DNA from: Calditrichia bacterium
Lineage (GTDB): Bacteria > Calditrichota > Calditrichia > JAJRVZ01
Reading direction: 5' to 3'
DNA length: 64,000 bases
Assembly (NCBI GenBank): GCA_963796965.1
Contig: CAWCNS010000004.1
Span: forward strand, 544,001 to 608,000
Shown: piece by piece, positions 33,571 through 45,894 of the stretch
How positions within the stretch are numbered: the stretch's first letter is position 1
How the letters are laid out: each line of letters opens with the position of its first letter
The notes under the pieces: generated by a model
What the model was told of the DNA's origin: nothing
Seen by the model: the letters and a program-made list of their open reading frames with translations, nothing else
The model's database searches: none
Translations under genes and position numbers: made by a program

Positions 33571-36283
33571 ATGTCTAAGTATACAATTGTGATCTTAATT
33601 TTATTTATGGGATGTGAATTAAAACGTTCGGTAGAAACATTACAGCCACCGGGACGGAATCGATATTGTGAAGTAATTGTAGGGGGAGAAAGTGTTCTTC
33701 CCAGCGGTCGAATTGTAAAGCCAATAGGTAAGGTTGTAAGAATCACCCACGACCCCTTTGGGCTGGCCTTATCGCCCGATGGTTCAAAGGCCCTGGCGAT
33801 TCACAGTAGCGTTCTTACTGTTTTTGAAACGGACCGTGTCACCGGTGCGATCCGACTGCCCTCTTATGATAAGAAATTAAAAAATCCGTTTGAGGGCAAA
33901 GGCTCCTTTATGGGTGCTGCGATTGTCGGGGACAACAGTAAGGCTTATCTGAGTGGCGGAGATAGTGGAGATATTATTGTATTTAATATGAATTCATTGG
34001 AAAGCGAAAAACGGATTTCAATCAATGGCATAAGCGGTGGTAAAAAATATGAAGATAGTTTTGTTGGGGACATCCTTTTATCAAAAGATGAAAGTACACT
34101 TTATATCCTCGATCAGTTTAATTTCCGATTTGTCATTTTTGACTTGCAGAAAAATATGATCAGCCGCAGTGTTCCAGTCGGACGTTTTCCTTTCGGATTA
34201 GATATCTCGCCAGATGGAGATTTTGCCTATATCGCTAATGTCGGTATTTATGATTATCCGCTGGCCCCGGGTTTAAAACCGGATAATTTGGAAGAAACAG
34301 GACTTGATTTTCCGCCTTATGGGATCCCATCGGAAGAGGCCGAAAAAGGTGTTATTGTTGACGGCAGAAAGATCCCCGGTCTGGGTAGTCCACATGTCCC
34401 GGAGGCGGTCTCTGTTTATACGCTTGATCTGAAAACCTATGAGATTATTGCCCGTGAAAAAACTGGTTACAGGATGGGAGAGATGGTGGAGGGCCTGGAG
34501 GTTGAAGGTGGTGCAAGTCCTAATTCCATTGCTGCCGGTAAAGAAAAGGTATTTGTGAGCAATGCAACCAATGATAATATTTCTGTTTTGGATAAAAAAT
34601 CAGGGAAAATTATTGGTACCATTCCATTACAACTGGATCCGCGTATTAATAATTACCGTGGGATGATTCCTTTTGGATTGGTCCTTAGCCATGATGAATC
34701 GCGCCTTTACATCGCTTTAAGTGGTCTCAATGCCATTGCTGTTGTAGAGACAGAAAAGTATCAAGTGCTCGGCTATATCCCAACCGGTTGGTTTCCCACT
34801 AAATTGCAGATATCACCTGATGATAAAATTCTTTATGTTGTTACTGCCCGCGGTCATGGTGCAGGTCCAAACGGGGGAGAAAAATTTACTGCCCCCATAC
34901 AGGGAACATATGTCGGTGATATTATGCTGGGTACTTTTGAAATAAAAAATTTAGATGAGATTGATTTGAACGCATCAACGGAACAGGTTAAAAAGTATAC
35001 CTTCCAATCAATAAAAGTTAAGGATGACGGTGGCAATCCCCTGCCGCCGGTGCCAGGCCTTCGTAAAAGTCCCATTAAGCATATCGTTTATATCACCAAA
35101 GAAAATCGTACCTATGATGAGGTATATGGTCAGTTAACGACTGGTCGCGGTGACGCTACTTTGGCCAGATATGGTGAGGAGGTCAGTTTTAGCAACCGGA
35201 ATGGTTCAAATAAAGTTGAAAAGGCAACGATTATGCCCAATCATCAGAAAATCGCCCGGGAATTTGCTATTAGTGATAATTTTTACTGCGATTCCGATGC
35301 GTCGGTACACGGTCATCGCTGGATGGTTGGAACCTATCCCAACGAATGGGTGGAAATAAACAGTTCTATGCGCATGTCCCGAAAGGTCTTCAGTACAGCA
35401 CCCGGTAGAAAATATGTGGCAGGTAGTTCCGGTGCTGTCTATCCGGAAGATTATAACGAAGCGGGTGGCATGTGGGAACATCTGGCTCGTAATGGTATCA
35501 GTTTTTTTAATTTTGGCCTGGGTTTTGAATTCTCAGCGGCTGCAGAAGAACAATGGCATAAATACAGTGGGGTAAAAATGGCTGTGATGTTTCCAATGCC
35601 AAAGCCACTATATGACCGAACTTCAAGAAAATTTGCCACCTATAATACCAGCGTGCCAGATCAATTTCGCATCGATATGTTTGAAGAGGAACTAAGGGAT
35701 AAATGGCTTTCCGGTAAAGAAGAGTTCCCGGCGTTGATTACAATGATGATCCCCAATGATCATGGAGCAGGTGAGAGACCGGAAGATGGTTATCCCTTTA
35801 AAGAATCCTATATGGCCGATAACGATTTGGCTTTGGGACGCGTGTTGCACATCCTCAGCCGCACAAAATGGTGGAAAGATATGCTCATCATTGTAACCGA
35901 AGATGATGCTCAGGATGGTCGTGACCATATTGATGGTCATCGGTCACTTTTGATGATGATAAGCCCTTGGGTTAAAAGAGGGTTCGTTTCAAACACCCAT
36001 GCTAATTTTGGTGCTATTCTTAAGACAATCTATCATATACTCGATATACCACCCCTGAATCAATTTGATGCTACGGCTAGTCTTGCTCCAGGACTTTTTT
36101 ACAGAGGTACCTGACGTGACACCATTTTCAGTAGAAATGGTTGATAAGCGGGTCTTTGATCCTCAGAAGGCGCTTGATCCTTATGATGTCAATTTTCGTT
36201 GGGAATCTCTAAGAGAGTCCCCTGAAATAGATAATGAGGCCGATTTTCGTGAAAGCCATCAGGGGCAAACGGGTAAAAATTGA
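33571..36283 (+). CDS. YncE-like beta-propeller fused to a phosphoesterase/alkaline-phosphatase-superfamily domain (lipoprotein); apparent +1 frameshift at ~36083
   Basis: Lipobox FMGC. Motifs PFGLALSPDG, IPTGWFP, IKHIVYITKENRTYDEV, SDNFYCDS, PNDH, DNDLALGR and EDDAQDGRDHIDGHRS. The join reads ASL/LQDFFTEVPD. Confidence 0.88.
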
Positions 36284-36296
36284 CCGAATAAAAAAT

Positions 36297-36458
36297 TTTT
36301 ACCGCAAAGACGCTAAGTTCGCAAAGAAAAAATATAATTTAATATTGATTTAATACAGATCTATAATATTAAATTAATGATTGAGACTTAGCACAATTAA
36401 TAACCGAATAATATTTTCTCTGCGTGCTTTGCGGATTCTTCGCGTCTTTGCGGTAAAA
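36297..36458. repeat. Periodic inverted-repeat element (CGCAAAG family)
   Basis: Perfect 17-bp terminal IR ttttaccgcaaagacgc (36297-36313) / gcgtctttgcggtaaaa (36442-36458), with further cgcaaag/ctttgcg units inside and an AT-rich loop. Confidence 0.9.
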
Positions 36459-36531
36459 TGCGATGTAAATAATATAATTATATTCTATTTATTGATTTCT
36501 TGTTTATTATGAATACCACCTGGAGGAATTT

Positions 36532-37734
36532 TTGGTTAAAATTATAAATACTCTGATACTTCTGGTCCTGCCTTTATTTAGTTTCGGCTTTTCTGATAAT
36601 TCTATTATTGAGCCATACCTTTTAAACGTTACCCCAACCTCAATCCAGATACATTGGGAAGTTGAGGCGGGACAATCGATGGTTAAATATGGTCAAAACA
36701 AAACATTAGAGAACGAAATCATAATCCAGGGAAAATCCCGAAAACAGCATGCTGAATTAAATGGACTTGAGAAGGACACACAATATTATTATCAGGTAGA
36801 AAACGGTTATCAAATTTTTGGACCACATACCTTTAGAACAGCACCAACTGGAGAAAAAAGAATCACATTTTGTGCCTATGGTGATAATCGCATAAAAGAT
36901 ACTTCTTTTAAATATCCACATCCTCATGGGCAGATTATTGCTGGCATACAACGAGATCATCCCGATTTTTTTATAAATACCGGTGATATATTTAAAACGG
37001 GTGTTGATACAAGTCTTTTCATGGAAGATTTTTTTCTGGGAGCAAAGGAATTAATTGCCAGTACACCGATGTTTTTGGCCATTGGTAACCATGAATACAT
37101 TGGAGATCCTAAAGCCAGGGCAACAAAAAAATATTTCTCATTTCCCGAAGACCGGACCTGGTATCAGGTAGAATATGGAAATGTGCAATTCCTTTTTTTG
37201 GACTCGACGTATTTGCTCTATAAATGGAATGATAAAGGTCGGATAAAAAAATCTTCAGCCGAGATCTCGAATGATAAACAACTCCAGTGGCTAGAAAATA
37301 AACTCCTCGAATCAAAATCCGGATGGCGAATTGTAGTTTTACATCATCATATATTTAGTTCCGGTATTTTTGGAATTGATAGTCTACTGGTCCAGAACCT
37401 TGTCCCCCTTTTGGAAAAATATGATGTAGATTTGGTGCTGGGTGGTCACGAGCATAATTATGAGCGAAGTGTTAAGAATGGGATTACTTATATTCTAACC
37501 GGGGGTGGGGGGAGTTATTTACGACCCGTGAATATAAATAAAAATCCATATCAAAAATCTGCTGTAGCAGAATTCCATCATGTACGAATTACAGTCGAAG
37601 GGAATCAGCTTCTTGGTGCCACTTTCTGTGATGTGGACCGGCGGTCCATTTCCGATTATTCCTCTGAACATAAATTAGAAACACCCAGGTTTGCTGTCGG
37701 GGATGTCATCGATAAGTTCGAGATAATACATTGA
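36532..37734 (+). CDS. Purple acid phosphatase-like metallophosphoesterase with N-terminal Fn3
   Basis: RBS GGAGG and TTG start. Motifs GLEKDTQYYYQV, YGDNR, TGDIF, GNHE, VLHH, GGHEHNYER and TGGGG. Confidence 0.88.
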   Translation: MVKIINTLILLVLPLFSFGFSDNSIIEPYLLNVTPTSIQIHWEVEAGQSMVKYGQNKTLENEIIIQGKSRKQHAELNGLEKDTQYYYQVENGYQIFGPHTFRTAPTGEKRITFCAYGDNRIKDTSFKYPHPHGQIIAGIQRDHPDFFINTGDIFKTGVDTSLFMEDFFLGAKELIASTPMFLAIGNHEYIGDPKARATKKYFSFPEDRTWYQVEYGNVQFLFLDSTYLLYKWNDKGRIKKSSAEISNDKQLQWLENKLLESKSGWRIVVLHHHIFSSGIFGIDSLLVQNLVPLLEKYDVDLVLGGHEHNYERSVKNGITYILTGGGGSYLRPVNINKNPYQKSAVAEFHHVRITVEGNQLLGATFCDVDRRSISDYSSEHKLETPRFAVGDVIDKFEIIH

Positions 37735-37774
37735 TTTTCATTTAGACATCTTTCTTCATCCGGGCAGTATAACA

Positions 37775-37998
37775 AACCGTAAAGACGCAAGGCCCCGATA
37801 TATACATCTGCATCGTGCAGATTTATCGGGATGAAATCATCCAAGATTTCAAAGACGCTAGGTTTGCAAAGATATATATTATTAAAATTTTAAAGAATCT
37901 GCACTTTCAAACTAATGAATTTGACATTGCACGATTAAAAATTATATATATTTATTTCTCTGCGTTCTTTGCGGAAACTTTGCGTTTTTGCGTTAAAA
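37775..37998. repeat. Periodic inverted-repeat element (CGCAAAG family) with a nested hairpin
   Basis: Left arm aaccgtaaagacgcaagg...caaagacgctaggtttgcaaag is interrupted by the hairpin cccgata..atctgca-tcg-tgcagat.tatcggg (37794-37830). Right arm ttctctgcgttctttgcggaaactttgcgtttttgcgttaaaa (37956-37998) is close to 36416-36458. Confidence 0.85.
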
Positions 37999-38046
37999 AT
38001 CTACTTTGCACACACAAGTTGTTTTCCGATGAAAGGGAAAATTTAA

Positions 38047-39414
38047 ATGAATAAGTTCTTGGTTTTTTGCATCTTAATATTGTTCAATTATCCTTCTGTA
38101 CAGGCTGATTCCCCACAAATGAAACCAAATATAATTTTTATCATGGCCGATGATTTGGGTTATGCTGATCTGGGTTGCTATGGTCAAAAAATGATAGTGA
38201 CACCTTATATCGACCAACTGGCAAAAGAAGGAACACGGTATACCCAGGTTTATTCCGGTGCAACCGTATGCGCACCTTCACGCAGCTGCCTGATGACCGG
38301 GACACATGGTGGGCATACACGGGTGAGAGATAATATTCCTCATGGTGTTTTTCTTCAACCAGATGACATCACAGTAGCAGAGGTGCTAAAAAAAGCTGGT
38401 TACAAAACCTGTGGAATTGGTAAATGGAGTCTTGGAAATCCGGGTTCATGGGGCATTCCCATCTACCAGGGTTTTGATGAATATTTTGGTCAGTTAAATC
38501 AGGACCAGGCTCATTTCTACTACCCGAACTATCTTTGGGACAATGAGAAAGTGAAACTTCTTTTTGGTAACAGAGGGGGTGAAATGGTTCAATACACCCA
38601 TGATCTGTTTACCGAACGGGCCCTGGATTTTATCAACCGTCATAAACAGCAACATTTCTTTCTTTATCTGGCCTATACGATTCCTCATTATTCAGACTAC
38701 GATCAGCAATCGCCTCTTTCACAGATCGTTCCAAGCGATGAGCCTTATTCTGATAAAGACTGGCCCCAGGTGGAAAAAAATTATGCGGCGATGGTTACAC
38801 GTATGGATAAAGATGTAGGCAGGATTATGAAGTTACTCAATGATCTGGGTCTTGATAGCAATACAATTGTATTTTTTACAAGTGATAATGGCCCCTGTGA
38901 CTGTTGTTCCCATGATGTGGAATTCTTTGAAAGTAATGGAAAGTTACGGGGGGTCAAACGCGAGATGTATGAAGGGGGTATTCGTATCCCGATGATTGTA
39001 CGCTGGCCAGGGAAAGTTCCGGCGGAACGTGAAAGTGATGCACTCTGGGCATTCTGGGATTTTTTACCAACCGTTGAAGAATTAGCCGGGTTACCACCTT
39101 CAAAGAACATCGATGGCATATCTTTTTTGAATGAGATGTTAGGAAAAACTCAGACAAAACAACATGAATACCTGTACTGGGATTATGGACATGTTCGGGA
39201 TACCTATATGCAAGCCATAAGGATGGGCAAATGGAAGGGGATCAGACTGGGGAGCGGAACCGCAATAGAACTCTATGATTTAAATAATGATATTGGAGAA
39301 AATCATAATGTGGCCGAGGCAAATCCCAAGGTTGTAAAGCAAATAGAAGAAAAAATGAAGGAGGCCTATGTGGCTTCGGGGGATTATCCGATAGGTGGGA
39401 AATACTGTGAATGA
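38047..39414 (+). CDS. Arylsulfatase (S1 family, Cys-type)
   Basis: PNIIFIMADDLG, formylglycine motif CAPSRSCLMTG, GKW, FTSDNG and EGGIRIP. Confidence 0.95.
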   Translation: MNKFLVFCILILFNYPSVQADSPQMKPNIIFIMADDLGYADLGCYGQKMIVTPYIDQLAKEGTRYTQVYSGATVCAPSRSCLMTGTHGGHTRVRDNIPHGVFLQPDDITVAEVLKKAGYKTCGIGKWSLGNPGSWGIPIYQGFDEYFGQLNQDQAHFYYPNYLWDNEKVKLLFGNRGGEMVQYTHDLFTERALDFINRHKQQHFFLYLAYTIPHYSDYDQQSPLSQIVPSDEPYSDKDWPQVEKNYAAMVTRMDKDVGRIMKLLNDLGLDSNTIVFFTSDNGPCDCCSHDVEFFESNGKLRGVKREMYEGGIRIPMIVRWPGKVPAERESDALWAFWDFLPTVEELAGLPPSKNIDGISFLNEMLGKTQTKQHEYLYWDYGHVRDTYMQAIRMGKWKGIRLGSGTAIELYDLNNDIGENHNVAEANPKVVKQIEEKMKEAYVASGDYPIGGKYCE

Positions 39415-39434
39415 TGAACGGTCAATTGTAAGAA

Positions 39435-39474
39435 TCAATACTCAATATTTAATAATCAATATTCAATTTTCAAC
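39435..39474. repeat. 7-nt periodic TCAANNN tandem repeat
   Basis: tcaa (one ttaa) at 39435, 39442, 39449, 39456, 39463 and 39470. Confidence 0.75.
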
Positions 39475-39495
39475 TTTCGGGATTGGAGGGGCGAA

Positions 39496-41063
39496 ATGGT
39501 AAGATCTTTTTTAAAGTTCTATATTGTAGGACTTATTTGTGTAACCAGTACAAATCTTTTAGGTGATCAAATGGAAAAAAACACTTTACTTATAAATGCA
39601 AATGGCGGAGAGTATAAAATAAGCAAACATATCTATGGACATTTTGCTGAACATTTGGGTCGTTGCATATATGAGGGCATTTATGTTGGAGAGGATTCTT
39701 CGATCCCCAATATCCGCGGTATTCGCAAAGATGTTCTAAATGCATTAAAGGAAATTAAAGTGCCTGTTTTGCGTTGGCCCGGTGGTTGTTTTGCTGACAC
39801 GTATCACTGGAAGGATGGGATCGGACCTAAGGAGAACCGGCCTTCCATGGTGAATATTCATTGGGGAAATGTAACAGAAGATAATAGTTTTGGCACCCAT
39901 GAGTTTATGGATCTTTGTGAACTCCTCGAATGCGAACCCTATATCTGTGGAAATATTGGTTCCGGTACTGTACAGGAGATGGCGGAATGGATTGAGTATC
40001 TTACTTCACCTGCAGAATCCCGATGACCGAACTACGTAAAAAGAATGGACGAAACGAACCCTGGCAAGTAAAATTCTGGGGATTGGGTAACGAAGTCTGG
40101 GGATGTGGTGGCAGAATGGATGTAGATCATTATGTGAATGTGGGAGCAAACTATGCTGCTTTTTGCAGAAATTATCCTGGAAATAGGCTGTATAAAATCG
40201 CTTGTGGCGGCTATGGATGGCGGGATAATTATGAATGGACAGAGGTCTTGATGAAGGAAGGCCGCCGACGCATGGGATTTCAGGCCCATGCTATTCATTA
40301 TTATACATCGGATGGGCAGAAGAAAACACGTTATAAGGCAACGGAATTTGAGGAGGATGGCTGGTTTGATGTACTTCAGGGAACGTTGAAAATGGAGGAA
40401 ATACTTAAACAGAATGTGGCCATTATGGATCGCTACGATCCGGAGAATGAAGTGGATATGATCATAGATGAATGGGGAACCTGGCATTATGTGGAAGAAG
40501 GAACAAATCCCCGCTTCTTATTTATGCAGAACTCTCTTCGGGATGCCCTGGTTGCCGGATTAAATCTGAATATATTTAATAATTTTTGTGAGCGATTGTA
40601 TATGGCCAATATAGCCCAAACGGTGAATGTTCTGCAGGCAATGGTACTCACAAAAGATGAGCAAATGGTACGCACACCCACTTTCTATGTATATAAGATG
40701 TTTATCCCACATCATGAAGCCACTATGCTACCGACACAGTTAACTTGTGGAGATTATCAATATGGGGAAGATAAAATTCCTGCGATGAATGCATCAGCAT
40801 CAATCGATGATAATGGTAAGATACATATCTCAATAGTAAATGTAGATCCTGGTAATACTAAAAATCTTGAATGTATGGTATATGGGAAGAAAATTTCAAA
40901 GATTAGCGGACAGATCTTAACCGGAGAAGCAATCACCTCCTATAATGATTTTGGTAAAACAGAAGAAGTGATGATAAAGGAATTTAATAATGTACAACTA
41001 GAGGATGATATACTAAGCGTAACTATACCCTCAAAATCGATCATCATGTTGGAACTCAATTAA
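39496..41063 (+). CDS. abfA: GH51 alpha-L-arabinofuranosidase; apparent -1 frameshift at ~40020
   Basis: [51 protein letters not shown] and [12 protein letters not shown]. One missing C restores ESPMTELR. Confidence 0.93.
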
Positions 41064-41077
41064 GCAGACGATTCGTG

Positions 41078-41329
41078 TCACGAAGTTAAACGAAGGATTA
41101 AGGAAGTGTCATGAAGAATTACTAGTTCTAATATTTGTCAGTAGAAGATCCAATTAATACACAAATATGATTTAATAATGTCTTGAAATGATTCACCTTT
41201 GTCACCCTAAACTTGTTTCAGGATCTCAATAAGATTCTATAAGATTTCGAGACAAGTTCGGAATGACGATGTCTTTTTCTTTAAAAAAACTTTTTGGAGC
41301 TTCGTGCGATCTTTGTTTTACTTCGCGAT
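41078..41329. repeat. Nested element: CACGAAG-periodic outer arms enclosing a GTCA(Y)CCTGAACTTGTTTCAGGATCT-type inverted pair
   Basis: Outer left arm tcacgaagttaaacgaagg..atgaag (41078-41116) and outer right arm cttcgtgcgatctttgttttacttcgcgat (41300-41329). Inner pair gtcaccctaaacttgtttcaggatct (41201-41226) / agatttcgagacaagttcggaatgac (41242-41267). Confidence 0.8.
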
Positions 41330-41402
41330 AGATCTTTCATTTGTCGGCGAATGAATATGTTTAGAATTTTTGATATTATCTAAATAGAAATCTGGAGGAA
41401 AA

Positions 41403-42937
41403 ATGAAAATAGTCATCTCATTATTGTTTTTTATTAGTATTACAGCAGCATTATTCTCACAGGAAATAGCACCTTCTGAATTAGAACGCAAGAAAGTGGT
41501 TGAAAAGAAAGATAAAAAAGGTTTGCGATTTAAAACTACAGCCGTTATTGAAAAATCAAAAAAAATGCTTGAAATACCGGAAAGCGTAAAACATCTCAAT
41601 GATTTTAGCGTGGCCAAAACCCCTCCTTCTATTGAGTTTGTTATTGTACCATTTGAGAATCGATTTCACCCAACGGTTCCTGAGGGATATTTTCATGGTG
41701 TCTGGTCCAACTGGTCGCAAGGTACTTATCATGTTTCAACAAAAACTTTTTATTCGTCTGTAGGTAGTCATGGATTTTATAAACCACGTCTTTATTTAGT
41801 GAAATATGATACTCAAACAAAAACGATTGAATCCTTACCGGAAATCAATGAAGTTCTTGGTCGGGCGGATTCCAAATTTGGAGATGGTAAGATACATGGT
41901 TGGTTAGATTTCTATAATGGGTCTGATCTTTATTTTTGTACTTACTGGTGCCAATATCCGGAACCATCCGAGGAAGAGTTTCAAAGTGGGTATGAAGGCG
42001 GGTTGATCATGAATTATAATGTGATTACCGGTAAATTTTCCAATTTTGGTGTGCCCATGCCACGATCATCCTGGCCCTATCATCGAATGGATACAAAAAG
42101 AGGTTTGATGTTTGCTGTGGGTATGTTTGGTGAATTTATGTGCTATGATATACCGAACCGACAGATTCGTTTTGCCGGCTATCTGCCGGAAGGAATGCGC
42201 TGGTTCTGGCGAACCATGCTGGTTGACGAAGAAACGGGTTTTGTATATTCGACCAACAATTTACCTTCTGACACAACGATAAATATTATCCGATATGATC
42301 CAGTAAAAAATAGGTTTTTTAAAATGAAAAGCACAGTACCGGCAAACCGTATCACTGGCAAGTACGGGACAAATGCGCGCACATACCAAAAATAAGACCA
42401 AGGAAGGATGGTTTATCGGTGTCGTTTCGGCTGATACCGCAGGCAGCGGTGGAGAAATATTTAAATTCTATCCTGACGAGGACCGGGTGGAAGATCTTGG
42501 CTTATGTTGGGCTGGCGAACATCGCTATACAGCCAGCCTGGCGATGAGTCCGGATGAAAAATATCGTTTATTATATCCCGGCGGCACATGGTAAAGCTCA
42601 TCTCGAGGGGACGCCGATGGTGCAGTTCAATCTCAGACAGATAAGCGTAAAGTGATTGCCTTTTTATTTCCATATTTTTATGATAAATATGGTTATATTC
42701 CCGGAGGGACCTTTTCCATAAACCTCGATGAGAAAGGGGAAAAATTGTTTATTTTATTCAATGGTGCATTTTGCGGAATATAATCCTAAAGGAGGAGATA
42801 CATTTGGTGATCCATCGGTTATGCTTATTCATATTCCTGAATCTGAGAGACAAAGACAAGACAATCGAGAGTTCGCGGAGTACGCAAAGAAGGATATCCA
42901 CGAATCATCCGTCTTCGCCGGATCAGGCTCAGACTGA
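41403..42937 (+). CDS. Secreted hypothetical beta-propeller protein; four apparent frameshifts (~42368, ~42566, ~42636, ~42771)
   Basis: RBS GGAGG and a signal peptide. Motifs WSNWSQG and GDGKIHG. The reconstructed C-terminus reads SPDEKY/VYYIPAAHGKAHLEGTPMVQFN../KRKVIAFL..KYGYIPGGTFS..FNGAF/..FGDPSVMLIHIPESER. Confidence 0.6.
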
Positions 42938-43130
42938 CAGTAATTTTTTTGAATTAATAAAAGAAAGCAGAGAAACTGTAAGCAGAAAGCCGTGACCATT
43001 TTATACGAATTACATTAAGAAATGCGAAGTATTATTTTTGTCGATTTTGACTATGCTCCGATTTCATCGGGATTGTCATTATTAAATTCCTCAAAACATG
43101 TCAGTGCTTATATAATGTCCGCAATTATAA

Positions 43131-43199
43131 ATCCTCTACGAGGATCATATGTTTGTGGGTTACGATTATTTACTACAAAAATAAAACCTCTACGAGGTT
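43131..43199. repeat. Twin short REP-like hairpins
   Basis: atcctctacgaggat (43131-43145) and aacctctacgaggtt (43185-43199). Also tccgatttcatcggga at ~43057-43072. Confidence 0.65.
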
Positions 43200-43266
43200 A
43201 ATAATCTAATTCGTTCTAATAGTATAAAAACTTTGATTCTATCATATGACAAAATGGGAGTGAACC

Positions 43267-45820
43267 ATGGTAAAATTTTTTCTTGGTATAATGTTTATTA
43301 CGGCTTTAAATGGACAGACACCTGAAATCCCAGATTATAACAATAACCAGGTGCCTATCGAAAAGCGGATCACTGATCTGCTTTCCCGGATGACATTAGA
43401 AGAAAAAGTCGATTTGGTGGGTGGAGCTGGTTTTAAAACCAAAAAGAATATCCGTCTAGGTATCCCTGAACTATTAATGAGTGATGGTCCGCTTGGGCCC
43501 AATGCCAAAGGACGGTCGACTAACTATTCGGCAACCATCAATATGGCAGCCACATTTGATACGGATTTGATGTATAAGATTGCTGAGAATATGGGAGAAG
43601 AGGTCCGTATCCTTGGTCGAAATATGTTTTTAGCACCGATGATTAATATCGTACGCACGCCCTACGGAGGACGAACTTTCGAGTTTTTCGGTGAAGATCC
43701 CTACCTGGTTTCCCGTATGACGGTTGCTTATGTCAAAGGTGTTCAGAGCAAGAATGTGGCCACCTGTACGAAGGTTATCGCGGCAAATAATCAGGAATGG
43801 AACCGCTTCGATGTGGATGTTCGTGTAAGTGAAAGAGCTCTACGTGAGATATATCTACCCGCGATCAGGGCTGCCGTGCAGGAGGCAGATACCTGGACAA
43901 TCATGGCTGCTTACAACCAGGTCAATGGTGATTATGCTTGTGAGAGCAAGCATTTATTGAATGATATTCTCAAAGAGGAATGGGGATTTAAAGGTGCGGT
44001 TGTCTCCGACTGGGGGGGTGCCCGTTCGACAATAAAGATGGCTTATTCAGGTCTCGATCTGGAAATGCCCACCGGTGACTGGTATGGTGATAAACTTCTG
44101 GCGGCCATAAAAAATGGTGATGTTGAAGAATCTATTCTCGATGACAAAGTGAAGAGAATCTTATGGGTGATGTATAAAACAAATTTGTTTGATGAATCAG
44201 TTGCAGATTATGGTGGTCATTCAGATACACCTGAGAGACGGGATCTGGCCCTTAAAACAGCGCAAAAAAGCATTGTTCTTCTAAAAAATGAAAATAATTT
44301 TTTACCTTTCGATCCGGTAAAGATTAAATCCATCGCCGTGATTGGTCCAAATGGTGATGTGGCCCGGATGAAAGGCGCGGGCAGTGGGGCATTAAATGGA
44401 AATTATAGTATTTCACCTCTTCAGGGCATCAACGAAAAAGTCGGCAGCACAGTTGATGTCAGGTTTAAACGGGGATTTCCGGAAGAAAGAATTGATCTGC
44501 CTATCGTCCCGGCTGATTACTTTACCCTGGATGACGGTAGTCCCGGCATACAGGCAGAATATTATAATAACAGAGATCTGAAGGGTGAACCCGTACTCAG
44601 GCGCGTTGAAAAGGATATCAATAATGACTGGGGATATGGGGGAGAACGTGATCCCGGAAATCCGGGCAGTCCGCAGCCGGGTGTCGTAAATTTAGACAAA
44701 TGGTCAGCCCGGTGGACAGGTAAATTAAAATCACCCGGTGATGGCTGGTACGAAATCGGTCTTCAGTCAGATAATGGCGTACGCTTGTATCTGGATGGTA
44801 AGAAAGTGCTTGATTACTGGATCGATTCCAAACCCGGTGATTTTAAAATGATCCGCTATAAATTTGTCGCAAACAGGCTCTACGATATAGAGGTTGAATT
44901 TTATGAAAATATCGGTAGTCTGTGTCTGTAAGTTGGGCATGGAAAAATATGAAACGGGTGGCATGCTGGAAGAAGCTGTCCAATTGGCCAAAGAGTCCGA
45001 TGTGGTTGTTTTGTGTATGGGGTTGAGCGAATTGTATGAAGGGGAAGCGATTGATCGGGATGATTTAGCATTACCTGAAGACCAACTTAAATTGATTGAC
45101 GAAGTGCTGGATATAAACAAGAATACATTGATCGTTCTTAACAACGCTACCCCGGTTTTAATGAATACCTGGATTGACCGCGTTCCGGCAATTATTGAAG
45201 CCTTTTATCCGGGTCAGGAAGGAGGGCATGCTCTGGCGGATATTATTTTCGGTGATATTAATCCTTCAGGGAAGTTGCCAATCACATTTCCCAAACGTTG
45301 GGAAGATTCACCCGTTTACGAAACTTATCCGGGTAAAAAAGAAATTGCGGAGTATAAAGAAGGCATTTTTGTCGGCTATCGCCATTTTGACAAAAATGAT
45401 ATTGAGCCGCTTTTTCCATTCGGTTTTGGTCTTTCTTATACGACTTATGACTATCAAGACCTCACTTTAAGTGCATCAGAAATATCAGCCACAGATACAG
45501 TGACAATAAATCTAACAGTCAAAAATACGGGCCCGAGAGCCGGTGATGAGATCGTCCAACTTTATCTTCGTGATGTGGAAGCAAGTGTGGAAAGAGAAGT
45601 GAAATCTTTGAAAGGTTTTACACGACTTAGTTTGCAACCAGGTGAGAGTAAGAGAGCAACGTTTGCATTGGATCAAAGCCATCTCTCCTTCTATGATGAA
45701 AAAAAACAGAAATGGGTTGCTGAGGATGGTGAATTTGAAGTTTTGGTAGGAAGTTCATCCAGAGATATTCGTTTAAGTGGAAAATTTCAACTGAATAAAA
45801 AACCGGCAAGGTCACAATAA
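43267..45820 (+). CDS. GH3 beta-glucosidase/xylosidase with PA14 and Fn3-like domains; apparent +1 frameshift at ~44920
   Basis: MTLEEKV, GRTFEFFGEDP, nucleophile VVSDWG, SIVLLKN, PA14 (WSARWTG, SDNGVRLYLDG), EGEAIDR, NPSGKLP and PLFPFGFGLSYT. Confidence 0.93.
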
Positions 45821-45894
45821 TTTTAGATTAGTTGCGGAAAATTTTAATTATGTACGGCTTTATCATTGGTACGGTATTTGTACCCAAGAAAACT

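Noticed and set aside
37815..38054. 79-aa + strand ORF
   Set aside because: It is a translation of the repeat element (FSAFFAETLRFCV comes from the CTTTGCG arm), with no RBS or domain.
27307..41329. Integron attC sites
   Set aside because: Some arms begin with AAC/AAAC and end with GTT, but the RYYYAAC/GTTRRRY boxes and L-box spacing are not consistent and no tyrosine integrase is present. IntegronFinder would settle it.
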